Positions 28,855 through 37,569 of a DNA stretch of 64,000 nt are shown here, piece by piece. The number at the start of each line of letters is the position of its first letter. The stretch's first letter is position 1. The notes below the pieces were generated by a model. The model saw only the letters and a program-made list of their open reading frames with translations. It was not told the DNA's origin and did not search any database. Position numbers and translations under genes: made by a program. Origin of the DNA: Bdellovibrionota bacterium (lineage in GTDB: Bacteria; Bdellovibrionota_G; JALEGL01; DATDPG01); assembly GCA_963668355.1 (NCBI GenBank), contig OY764265.1:1344001-1408000 (forward strand). The letters run 5' to 3'.

Positions 28855-30711
28855 ATGTGCGGAATCACCGGAGTTTTTGCACCTGAATGGGAAGCTTCTC
28901 AAGTCGAAAAAACAGTGCGCCTGATGACCCAAGCCATGGCTCATCGGGGTCCGGATGGTGAAGGTATTTGTGTGCGATCTCCTGTTGGCTTGGGCCATCG
29001 TCGACTTTCCATCATTGATTTGGAAGGAGGCGCTCAACCCTTAAGTACCCGAGATGGTCGTTTCACAATCGTTTTCAATGGTGAGATATATAATTATCGG
29101 GAGCTTCGTGCCGATCTTATTCAAGCGGGAGAAGTCTTCCAAACAGACTCAGACACGGAAGTCCTTTTGCGTGGGTTTATCCGAGAAAAAGAAACCTTTC
29201 TTCGAAAGCTGGAAGGCTTTTTTGCTTTTTTGATTTTGGATACGGTTTCGAAATCTTTGTATGCAGCTCGAGATGGGTATGGAATCAAACCTCTGTATAT
29301 TGGAAAAGAAGGGAAGTCGTTGTTTCTGGCCTCAGAGATCAAAGCTCTTCAAAGCGTTCTGAGCCATCCTCAGAAAATCGATCCACAATCTCTTCAGAGC
29401 TATTTTCTTGTTGGATATTCTCTGGGTTTCTCCACCCTTTTAAAGGGTATTTCGCGTTTGCGTCCGGGGTTCCTTTGGCGTGTCAATATGGCCGGCGAAG
29501 TGAGTGAAACCCGTTTTCATTTTCCCCTTCCCAGCTTGGAAACATCTAAGCCAACGAGTTCTAAAGAAATGCGATCCTGTTTGATCGAAGCCGTTGAGAA
29601 GTCGCTGGTTTCGGATGTTCCTGTGGGTTTATATTTGAGTGGAGGGATCGACTCCAGTTTGATTGCAGCCATTGTCCGTCGAGAATTGGACCTGAAGCTT
29701 GAAAGTTTCTCTGTGGGATTTCCAGGAGAGCCTTCCCACGATGAAGCCCCGTATGCTCAAGCTGTAGCAACAGCTTTGGAGTTGCCTCATGAAACCATCA
29801 GCGTTCGCCCCGAGGATTTTTCCGATTTATCAACCTTGGCACGCACGTTAGAGGAACCCATGGCGGATCCTTCGGCGATGGCGTTGGGTCGATTGAGTGA
29901 GTTGGCTTCTAAAAAATTGAAAGTGGTTCTTTCCGGAGAAGGGGGAGATGAGCTCTTCGGTGGTTATCATCGATATTTCTGGGATCGATGGGTAGGGCGC
30001 TATGAGACTTTTCCCGAAAGACTTCAACAGGCCTTTGAATGGCTTGGCGTGAACTTTGGAGGAGATCGCATGAAGCGTCGGGTGGGGAAGCTTCGAGATA
30101 CGTTGAATTTACCGCGCCCCGTTCGGTATGCGAGTTGGTTTAGTCCGTTTCTGATGCGTGATCGAAAAGAACTGCTTTTAAAATCTCCTGAAGAAAATCT
30201 TTCAAGGCGTTATTTTTCAAAACTTTTTCAGGAAAGTCAGTCGCTTCCCGGAACCACTCAGGTGCAGTGGATGGATCTTGTGACGTTTCTTCAAGATGAC
30301 TTGCTTGTGAAGGCCGACAAGATGTCCATGAAAAATGGCTTGGAGGTCCGTCCGCCTTTCTTGCAACCCAAGGTTGTGGAAGCGGCCTTGGGGTTGTCAG
30401 AAAACCAGCGCGTGCGAGCACGAACCACAAAACCTTTTCTGCGTGAAATGCTGCGCTCTTATCTTCCGAAAAGCATTGTGGATCGATCGAAGCAAGGCTT
30501 CGAAGTCCCCTTGGATAAGTGGTTTCGAACCTCTTATCGACATTTGTTGGAGGAATATTTGTCACAAGACGCGGTTGCGCAGCGAGGTTTGCTCCAGTGG
30601 CATGTCGTGGCTCGAATTCGAAAAGAGCATGAGTCCCAACAATACAATCATGGGTTAGCTCTCTTCTCGCTTTGTCTTTTAGAGGCCTGGTCTCGCGAGT
30701 TTTTAGATTAA
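28855..30711 (+). CDS. asnB: Asparagine synthase-like glutamine amidotransferase (probably glycan amidation)
   Basis: MCGI (Ntn Cys), HRRLSIID, FNGEIYN, LSGGIDS, SGEGGDELFGGY, DKMSM..GLEVR.PF. Confidence 0.93.
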   Translation: MCGITGVFAPEWEASQVEKTVRLMTQAMAHRGPDGEGICVRSPVGLGHRRLSIIDLEGGAQPLSTRDGRFTIVFNGEIYNYRELRADLIQAGEVFQTDSDTEVLLRGFIREKETFLRKLEGFFAFLILDTVSKSLYAARDGYGIKPLYIGKEGKSLFLASEIKALQSVLSHPQKIDPQSLQSYFLVGYSLGFSTLLKGISRLRPGFLWRVNMAGEVSETRFHFPLPSLETSKPTSSKEMRSCLIEAVEKSLVSDVPVGLYLSGGIDSSLIAAIVRRELDLKLESFSVGFPGEPSHDEAPYAQAVATALELPHETISVRPEDFSDLSTLARTLEEPMADPSAMALGRLSELASKKLKVVLSGEGGDELFGGYHRYFWDRWVGRYETFPERLQQAFEWLGVNFGGDRMKRRVGKLRDTLNLPRPVRYASWFSPFLMRDRKELLLKSPEENLSRRYFSKLFQESQSLPGTTQVQWMDLVTFLQDDLLVKADKMSMKNGLEVRPPFLQPKVVEAALGLSENQRVRARTTKPFLREMLRSYLPKSIVDRSKQGFEVPLDKWFRTSYRHLLEEYLSQDAVAQRGLLQWHVVARIRKEHESQQYNHGLALFSLCLLEAWSREFLD

Positions 30712-31782
30712 ACGAGAAAAAAGCTCTTCATATCGAGGAGTCACGGCTTTCCAAGTGAACCGGTTTTGCACGCGATTTCGACCGATTTCTCCCATTTGGA
30801 GACGTTTCTCAGGCGAAAGCGCGAGAAATTCACGAATGGAATTCGCAATGGAACGGGGTGTGGGTTCTGCAAGGATTCCCGAATTTTCATCAACCATGAC
30901 TTCAACGGCTCCGATTCGAGTGGCGACAATCGAACAGCCTTGAGCCATGGCCTCAAGTATCACTGTTGGCATACCTTCGAAGCGGCTGGTAAATAGAAGA
31001 CATTCAGTTTCTTCGTAGGCTTGTTTGAGTTCGCTGTCGTTGAGAGTGGGTCGATAGTGTACGTGGGGATACTTTTTTTCCAAAACTTCCACTTGAGGTC
31101 GAAAAGGGCCGTTCCCCACAATGGTAAGTTTAAACGGAAGATCTTTGGTTTGTTCCAAAATGCTAGGAAGAAAGTCGATTCCCTTATTGAATGCCAATCG
31201 GGCCACCAAGAGAAATGATGCACCTTCCTTCTTGGGAGTCTTTTCCGCGATCACTTGGTGATCGATGGCATTGGGTATTTCGATGATCTTGGATGAAGGA
31301 ACGCGCGCTCTTTTTTTTAAAATACGGGTTAAGTCACCTCCTAGGCTGATCGTGCAGTGGGAGTGCTTGGCATGGTAACGTACCAATGCTCGCATGGGCC
31401 ACGCTTTGATCGTTTCTTTTAGGGAAAGATGATTTCCATACATTTCCAATCCGTGCGGGTGAAAAACACACGGGATGGACTTTCTTTTAAGGTATCCCCA
31501 CAGATTGAACCCTTGGCCAAAGGCAAGATCCGGTTGGTGATCGTCTATCCAATGTCCCACGTGACGGCTGAAGATGAGGTTTCCTTTAAGGAAATGGCAG
31601 TTTTTGGGCCAAGGTAGGTGATGAATGGGAAAAGGGTAGGAGGTTCCCTTGTTGGGCTCGGGAACCAGAAGATGAACCTCATGTCCGGCCTCTTTAAGGT
31701 GCTTGGCTAAGTTAAACGTGTGTCGTTCCATGCCGCCGATCACATCGGGAAAGACGCCATGGTTCGCAATGGCAATTTTCAC
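30703..31782 (-). CDS. Glycosyltransferase family 4
   Basis: GGMERH, HPHGLE, RL..NKG, SRFEGMPTVILEAMA. Start GTG 31782 in a GTGA overlap. Confidence 0.9.
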   Translation of the reverse strand: MKIAIANHGVFPDVIGGMERHTFNLAKHLKEAGHEVHLLVPEPNKGTSYPFPIHHLPWPKNCHFLKGNLIFSRHVGHWIDDHQPDLAFGQGFNLWGYLKRKSIPCVFHPHGLEMYGNHLSLKETIKAWPMRALVRYHAKHSHCTISLGGDLTRILKKRARVPSSKIIEIPNAIDHQVIAEKTPKKEGASFLLVARLAFNKGIDFLPSILEQTKDLPFKLTIVGNGPFRPQVEVLEKKYPHVHYRPTLNDSELKQAYEETECLLFTSRFEGMPTVILEAMAQGCSIVATRIGAVEVMVDENSGILAEPTPRSIANSIREFLALSPEKRLQMGEIGRNRVQNRFTWKAVTPRYEELFSRLI

Positions 31783-32702
31783 GGCTGTGTTAAGCCCTCT
31801 TCCACAAGAAGATGTTTGATGCCCAAACGGAAAGGCACTTGTTTTTTCCATTTGGCCAAACGTTTCAGCTCCTTCAAGTCTCCTCGGAGGTGATCCCGTT
31901 CTTGTTTTCTTCGGAGCGTTTTTTTGCTTTTGATTTTTAGGGTTTCTCCCAAAACCGAAGAAAATACATCCACAACTTCGCGTACAGAATATTCTTCCCC
32001 GGATGCGATGTTCGCCATTCCCAGCCCACGGCGTTGTTTCAGCGTAAGTCCAAGAATTCCTCGACACATGTCATCGGTATGAATGTAGTCTCGAAACGGT
32101 TTTAAGTTTCCAAGAGAGAGCGTGCGGGTGCCTGCTCGGAGTTGATTGATGATGTGGGGAATCAGGTGGGGGTTGGTTTCGTTGGGTCCATAAGCGTTGA
32201 AAAGACGGCCAATGGAACAGGATGTGGAGGTTTTCAATTGGAAGTGTCGGACCAAGTGCTCCCCAGAAAGTTTGGTTAAGCCATAGATGTCCATGGGTTC
32301 CGGCAACTCTTTCAGCGTATGTTTATGGGAACCGATATTGTAAACGGCGGCCGTCGAGGCAAAAAAAAGTTTTTTCGGAGGGCGTTGACTTAAGATTTCC
32401 AAAAAGTTCCGCGTGCCTTCAATATTGATTTCAATCGTTTCTTTGGGGTGTTCGTTGCAAAAAGGAATGAAATGAATGGCGGCGAGGTGGAAAACCACAT
32501 CAAAGGGTTGACGCAGTACACGTTTCACATTTGCTTGAGAGCGAATGTCGCCCTTGACCAAACGAACTCCTGGCCAGATATGTTCTTTTCGTCCAAACGA
32601 AAGATTGTCAAAGACCGTAACGTCATATCCAAGTTGTAAAAGATGTCGAGTGAGTGTGGAGCCGATGAAGCCAGCTCCTCCTGTGACGAGCGCACGTTTC
32701 AT
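31779..32702 (-). CDS. NAD-dependent epimerase/dehydratase (extended SDR)
   Basis: GGAGFIGS, HLAAIHFIP.C, STAAVY, YGLTK, RLFNAYGP.ETNPH. Confidence 0.9.
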   Translation of the reverse strand: MKRALVTGGAGFIGSTLTRHLLQLGYDVTVFDNLSFGRKEHIWPGVRLVKGDIRSQANVKRVLRQPFDVVFHLAAIHFIPFCNEHPKETIEINIEGTRNFLEILSQRPPKKLFFASTAAVYNIGSHKHTLKELPEPMDIYGLTKLSGEHLVRHFQLKTSTSCSIGRLFNAYGPNETNPHLIPHIINQLRAGTRTLSLGNLKPFRDYIHTDDMCRGILGLTLKQRRGLGMANIASGEEYSVREVVDVFSSVLGETLKIKSKKTLRRKQERDHLRGDLKELKRLAKWKKQVPFRLGIKHLLVEEGLTQP

Positions 32703-33703
32703 GATTTGGATTCTCCTTCCCTTTTTCGCAGTCGTTCCGCAATGGTCTTCTCAATAGCTTCTCTGAGAGATACTTTAGGTTCCCATCCAAATAATTTTTT
32801 GGCCTTGGTCAGGTCTGGAAGTCTGCGAGTGATGTCTTTGTATTCTCCGAAGATTTCTTTCATGGGAATGAATTTCAGCTTCAGTTCCTTTCCGGTACCA
32901 GCCATTTCATGGATGAGTTTTGCGGTGTCAATCACGGAAAGCTCTTCATCGTTTCCGAGATTAATGATTTCTCCAACGGCTTGGTCAGATTCCATGGCTA
33001 AGATTGTACCCGTGACCAAGTCGTCTACATGGCCCATGCAGCGAGATTGAGAACCATCCCCATGAATGGGAACTTCTTGATCGTTCAAAATGGCATCAAT
33101 GAATAATGGAACGTGGCCTCCAGACCACGTAAAGCTGGCCCGCTCACTAAAGGCCCCAAAATATCGAAGAACAACAACGGGCACATCGAATTCTTTGAAA
33201 TAGGCATAACACATTTGCTCTGCGTGAAGTTTGGCTACAGCATAGGACCATCGTTTGATTAAACTCGGGCCCAATACCAAATCACCATCTTCGGAAAATG
33301 GAAGGTCAGGGGACATGCCGTAGACATCAGAAGTTGAGCCAAAAACAACCTTGGAGCCCAGTGCGCGCGCGAGCTTTAGGATGTTTTCAGTTCCCTTTGT
33401 GTTCACCGTTAATGTTCGATAACTGGAACCCTCTTCCCCAATTTTCTTGGTGGCGGCCAAGTGGACAATGATGTCCGCTTCCCGCACATTCATGAATAGA
33501 TTTTCCAAATCCAAAACATCCATGGCACTAAAGGAAAAGTTGGGATGTTCTAGACAATGTTGAATGTTTTCTTGTCGACCCACCGAAAGATCGTCACATC
33601 CGAAAACCTCATAACCTTTTTCGAGAAGGGCATCGACGAAGTGAGAGCCCACCATTCCCGCAGCCCCAGTTACAAAGACTTTTTTGCTTTTCTCGTTCTT
33701 CAT
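32699..33703 (-). CDS. NAD-dependent nucleotide-sugar epimerase/decarboxylase (extended SDR; ArnA C-terminal-like)
   Basis: GAAGMVGS, STSDVYG, RWSYAVAK, GDGSQSR, RRLPD. Confidence 0.9.
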   Translation of the reverse strand: MKNEKSKKVFVTGAAGMVGSHFVDALLEKGYEVFGCDDLSVGRQENIQHCLEHPNFSFSAMDVLDLENLFMNVREADIIVHLAATKKIGEEGSSYRTLTVNTKGTENILKLARALGSKVVFGSTSDVYGMSPDLPFSEDGDLVLGPSLIKRWSYAVAKLHAEQMCYAYFKEFDVPVVVLRYFGAFSERASFTWSGGHVPLFIDAILNDQEVPIHGDGSQSRCMGHVDDLVTGTILAMESDQAVGEIINLGNDEELSVIDTAKLIHEMAGTGKELKLKFIPMKEIFGEYKDITRRLPDLTKAKKLFGWEPKVSLREAIEKTIAERLRKREGESKS

Positions 33704-33711
33704 GCGAACTC

Positions 33712-34458
33712 CTAAATTACATGTCTTTTAAAGAAGTTGAAAAGCAGAATGCCCACATGCTCTCGGATGGTTCGGAGTATGCGCATTTTGCTTTTTCCTC
33801 CTTTTTGATCATATCTCACGATCATGGGAACTTCTTTCATGAACACAGGAACGCTTCGAAGTCTCACGAGAAGCTCGGCCATGGATCCGAAGCCTTTGGC
33901 CAGGAAAAGATTCCCCCCCAAGGCTTTTTGGCTTTTTTTCAAGGAGTCCACGCGGTAGCCCCGATAAAATCCTGTGTACTCACGAATTCCTCGAACCGGA
34001 TAGAGAATGCGGTAAAGGAAATTGCATCCAAGGGTTAGAATGTAGCGCAGAAAAGGCACGCCAATCATCATGCCGCCAGGGGCAAAAATGGATGCAATTA
34101 CGAGTTCATACCCCTCTCTCAATGCGGCAACGATCATTCCGACAGTTCTCGTGCTATGTGTGTTGTCAGCATCCATCGTGATGACGAAGTCACTCTCATT
34201 GGCCGTTTCAAGAATGTGATTGAATCCCGTCAAAAAGGCTCCTCCGGGTCCTTGGTTCTTAGAATGTTGAAGAATGTCCAAGGGAAGATCTCTGGCAAGT
34301 TCTTTCAGGAGAGCAACGGAGTTGTCTGTGCTCGCATCATCTACGGCAAGAATTCGATATTCCAGGTTCAACTCTTGTGCAATTTGAGTGATTGTGCCCG
34401 TCAAGCGCTGGAGATTTTCGGCTTCGTTGTAGACGGGAAGTAAAAAATAGGTGACCAC
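33712..34458 (-). CDS. GT2 polyprenol-phosphate glycosyltransferase (DPM1/ArnC-like)
   Basis: LPVYNEAENL, VDDASTD, NQGPG.A, MDADNTH (DxD), EVP...GKSKM. Confidence 0.88.
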   Translation of the reverse strand: MVTYFLLPVYNEAENLQRLTGTITQIAQELNLEYRILAVDDASTDNSVALLKELARDLPLDILQHSKNQGPGGAFLTGFNHILETANESDFVITMDADNTHSTRTVGMIVAALREGYELVIASIFAPGGMMIGVPFLRYILTLGCNFLYRILYPVRGIREYTGFYRGYRVDSLKKSQKALGGNLFLAKGFGSMAELLVRLRSVPVFMKEVPMIVRYDQKGGKSKMRILRTIREHVGILLFNFFKRHVI

Positions 34459-34495
34459 AATGTAAGGCTAACAGAGCCGAATATTTTGCCCAAAT

Positions 34496-35425
34496 CTAAT
34501 GTGTCAAGATGCGAAAGAGAGGGCCTGTTTGAATGTCAAATGTTGTCTCCAAAGGCAGGATGTCGCCATCCAACATCGGGAGAAGAGGCTTTTGAAGTGT
34601 AAACGAAAGGTGTGTTCTCGGTTGTTGAACGATGTTCGGGCTTTGTACCGGATAACCCAAGAACATCGTGGGAAGATCTGCCAAAACGTGTTTTGGAGGG
34701 GTCCTAAAGATCAAAAGGCCCAGCGTATTGTTTTCTGCGCTGGCTCCATAATAAGGCTTGGAGGTGAAGCCATTATTTACGATGGATGCCACACTGATGT
34801 TTGTGACGTTCATTTCGACCTCCTCTTCATCCAAGACTAGGGTGACGGAAAAGGAGGGGAAGAGCTTGCGAGAGAGCGATCCATTTTTGATCGCTGAAAA
34901 TACGGTCTTGAGGACCAACGAGATTCCTCTTAGGGGCGTAGGGTCTGGGTGGTCTCTGTAAGCTTGAACGAAATTAGAAAAACCTCCGACCGCAAAAATG
35001 AATCCATGATCGTGGTTTACTCGGAGAAGTCTGCGTTTTTTATAATGAAGAGGCTGCTTCTGGTCAGCGCGTTTTAGGATGTGTTTCAGTTGCCGGATGG
35101 GGGAACGCCAAATCCCCAGACCTCCGGCCACAACGTTCATGGTTCCCCCTTTTAAGATTCCAATACGAGGAAAAGGTTCCTCTTCATATATGGAAATGAG
35201 TGTGGAAAGCGTTTGGCGTAGCGTTCCATCTCCGCCACAAATGAGGATCGTGTTCTTTTGCTGCTTCTGAATGGCTGTCAGGACAGTTGGAAGTTCATCG
35301 GGAGAGTTCGTGACGAAAAAGGGTCCACGATCACCAAACAACGTTCGTAGCTCCTCAATCAGTTGAGGTCTGCGACGGACTTTTCGACTGTTTGCGTTGA
35401 TGATTAATGCAAAAGATTCTCGCAT
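34496..35425 (-). CDS. Diacylglycerol/lipid kinase catalytic-domain family protein
   Basis: IINANS, CGGDGT, GGTMNVVA..LG, MLDGD. Start ATG 35425 or 35452. Confidence 0.85.
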   Translation of the reverse strand: MRESFALIINANSRKVRRRPQLIEELRTLFGDRGPFFVTNSPDELPTVLTAIQKQQKNTILICGGDGTLRQTLSTLISIYEEEPFPRIGILKGGTMNVVAGGLGIWRSPIRQLKHILKRADQKQPLHYKKRRLLRVNHDHGFIFAVGGFSNFVQAYRDHPDPTPLRGISLVLKTVFSAIKNGSLSRKLFPSFSVTLVLDEEEVEMNVTNISVASIVNNGFTSKPYYGASAENNTLGLLIFRTPPKHVLADLPTMFLGYPVQSPNIVQQPRTHLSFTLQKPLLPMLDGDILPLETTFDIQTGPLFRILTH

Positions 35426-35540
35426 AATCCGATGAAACCAGAGATGGAACACTTCGCAAGCTTTTCAGCCAAAATCTCTAAGCCATTGTTTTTTAGAAAG
35501 AATCAAATCTTCTTTCGTGTTGACGGGTTTCGTGAAGCGT

Positions 35541-37313
35541 TCAACTTGGATTTAATCGAGATCGAATGAGGGAATAAGAGGGCTGGGCCGATGGGCTTTC
35601 GGCATTAACTTGGAGGAAGTAAAAGGCTTCAGAAGAAACACCTGAATTATTCATGAGAAACGTATGGGGTGGAAGCTCCTGTCCCGAAACAATCAGTTCC
35701 CCATTTGGCGAAAAAAGATCCAGAGCATAACTTTGGTTTCCACTTCGTCTTGTGCGGGCCAAAAAGCCCCGTTTGTTGACAGCGATTTGACTGACAATTC
35801 CCCATTTTTTCTCAAAGGCCAAACGATCTTCTTCGGTCACGGAGCGAACGGCCTCGCGCACGATCTGCCGACGGCGATTTCTCAATTTTTTTTCGGCTTC
35901 GGATTTTTGGCACTTCTCTTTGGATAGCCAGCAATGAAGGTCTGGATCAGAAACGTCATAAATCTGTCGTTCTAAGATGGGGACTTGACCCGAGAGGGAA
36001 TAAACGTTTGTGACCGGACTGTACTCTGAGTGGACATAGAGTTTTTGAGCGCCATCCAGTGCGTAAAAATTTCGAACTGTGAGATGGTTAAGTTCAAACC
36101 AGTAATTGTATTTGAGTTTCTTGAAGCGTTCTTCCCGAGGCAGATCCATGACAATCAAGAAATCCTGGACCAAATCCCGATTCTCTGTGTCCAAGGATTG
36201 ACTCAGATTTCGAAGCTGCGCAATCAATTGACTCCATTGACGGAAGAAGGGCCCTTTTCTTTGCTCTTTGAAAATGTCCGAGATGTTGAGTTTTTTGAAG
36301 CGTTCATGGTTTGCTGCGTTGCCTAGGTTTTTATGGAAATGTTTTAAAGCCGTCTTTAAGAGGAAGGGTTCGATATTTTTCCAATCTTCTTGAATTGGAA
36401 AATCGGGCAATTCAATGGAAGCCAGGCGAGGTTCAAACATCGAGTACCCGCCCTTCTCCAAAAATGAAATGTAATTTTCGGGATAGGTGGGTTCTCCCGC
36501 CATTGCGGTTGCTGGATAGGTGCGGTTGTGGATGAGATACTCTTGAAGAGAAATTCCCTCTCCCCCATCTTTTCGCGGATATTCATCCATTTTTTGAAGT
36601 TCGCCTTTGGTTACGGGGCGATTTTTGTCTCCGAAAACCATGAGTTCAGAGATTTCTCGCTCTCGATTCCATAGACCAAAGATGCGCTTGCCATCTGAAA
36701 GAGGAAAGAGAGCTTCCACAAAATACACATTCGATCCGCGCTTTTTGCTGTAGGCAAAATCGTTGGCAAATGGAATGGAAACGGAAAGGCTTTGGTTCTG
36801 CGGAGAACGGTCAAACTCAAGAACGGCATTGAGAAGCTGTTGTGGTGCATGAGAAAGGGCAAGAAAGCCGGATTTGGCATTGAAACCCATCAAAGAAATC
36901 CACATATCGGGGGAAGTGAAAGAGCTGATTGTGGCTGGTTTTTCTTTATCCAGAGAGGCTTCTCCGTAGAAAAAATCTTGCGAACCGCAGCTTTGAGTTG
37001 AAGGTGAGGGATCATAGGAAAGAGGAAGGTAAACCCGACGTTCATTTTCGGAAACGACGATGGGTTTCTGGGTTCGAATGCGAGAAATGCCTGAGTCTTG
37101 TGTCGTCGAAAAAACGTTTCGGTTGGAAAGAGGAAGTGAAGGAGTCTTTTGAAACGCTGTGGCGGGTATTTCAAAAGATTGATTCCGAAAGACCTTGTCG
37201 AAGTTTGACGACGAGGCGCATGCAATTCGTTTTTCTAACCCCCAGCCCAGAAGCGTGACGAACACAAGCAGGGTGAGAAAGAGAAAAATTTTTTTTGAAA
37301 TGAGTTTTGACAA
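35541..37313 (-). CDS. Secreted hypothetical protein; C-terminus resembles 6-bladed beta-propeller proteins
   Basis: TTG 37313 gives a clean signal peptide (MSKLISKKIFLFLTLLVFVTLLGWG); C-terminal VTEEDR...IVSQIAVNKRG...YALDLFSPNGELI pattern. Confidence 0.6.
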   Translation of the reverse strand: MSKLISKKIFLFLTLLVFVTLLGWGLEKRIACASSSNFDKVFRNQSFEIPATAFQKTPSLPLSNRNVFSTTQDSGISRIRTQKPIVVSENERRVYLPLSYDPSPSTQSCGSQDFFYGEASLDKEKPATISSFTSPDMWISLMGFNAKSGFLALSHAPQQLLNAVLEFDRSPQNQSLSVSIPFANDFAYSKKRGSNVYFVEALFPLSDGKRIFGLWNREREISELMVFGDKNRPVTKGELQKMDEYPRKDGGEGISLQEYLIHNRTYPATAMAGEPTYPENYISFLEKGGYSMFEPRLASIELPDFPIQEDWKNIEPFLLKTALKHFHKNLGNAANHERFKKLNISDIFKEQRKGPFFRQWSQLIAQLRNLSQSLDTENRDLVQDFLIVMDLPREERFKKLKYNYWFELNHLTVRNFYALDGAQKLYVHSEYSPVTNVYSLSGQVPILERQIYDVSDPDLHCWLSKEKCQKSEAEKKLRNRRRQIVREAVRSVTEEDRLAFEKKWGIVSQIAVNKRGFLARTRRSGNQSYALDLFSPNGELIVSGQELPPHTFLMNNSGVSSEAFYFLQVNAESPSAQPSYSLIRSRLNPS

Positions 37314-37321
37314 AATGATTT

Positions 37322-37362
37322 GAAAAAATGAGAAGGGTGGTCGAGGGCCACCCTTCTCAAAA
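37322..37362 (-). terminator. Rho-independent terminator
   Basis: Perfect 12-bp stem TGAGAAGGGTGG/CCACCCTTCTCA (37329-37340/37348-37359) followed on the minus strand by a run of 6 U. Confidence 0.7.
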
Positions 37363-37567
37363 GAAACATTACCAAAACCCCGGCGTGTTTGCCACCTATG
37401 ATGTGTTTGATTCTGCTGGGAGATTCCAACAAGAGGTTTCATTGGAGTTGGAAGGAGATCCAGAAAACGACCGTCTTTTCTGGCTGGATGATGACCACGT
37501 CATTCGTTTGCAAGAAGGAGAGGACGCGGAGTCTTTGGAGCTGATTTACTACGAACTCATTCAGTAG
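37328..37567 (+). pseudogene. Probable C-terminal remnant of a beta-propeller-type protein
   Basis: PGVFATYDVFDSAGRFQQEVSLELEGDPENDRLFWLDDDHVI...LELIYYEL reads like a last propeller blade; no signal peptide; the ATG lies inside the terminator hairpin. Confidence 0.5.
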
Positions 37568-37569
37568 TT

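Noticed and set aside
14731..30711. Shufflon or invertible-segment explanation for the strand switching
   Set aside because: I found no shared inverted repeats at block boundaries by eye and no recombinase in the window; not excluded without a computational repeat search.
30703..32067. 454-aa version of the GT4 ORF in the track
   Set aside because: The extra 95 N-terminal residues overlap the upstream SDR gene out of frame; GT homology begins at GTG 31782 in a GTGA overlap.
35455..35491. Sigma54-like element plus IHF-like site upstream of the lipid kinase
   Set aside because: GG-to-GC spacing is 11 nt rather than the required 10.
37314..37442. N-terminal extension of the 633-aa ORF
   Set aside because: It runs through a terminator hairpin and the opposite-strand remnant; TTG 37313 gives a proper signal peptide.
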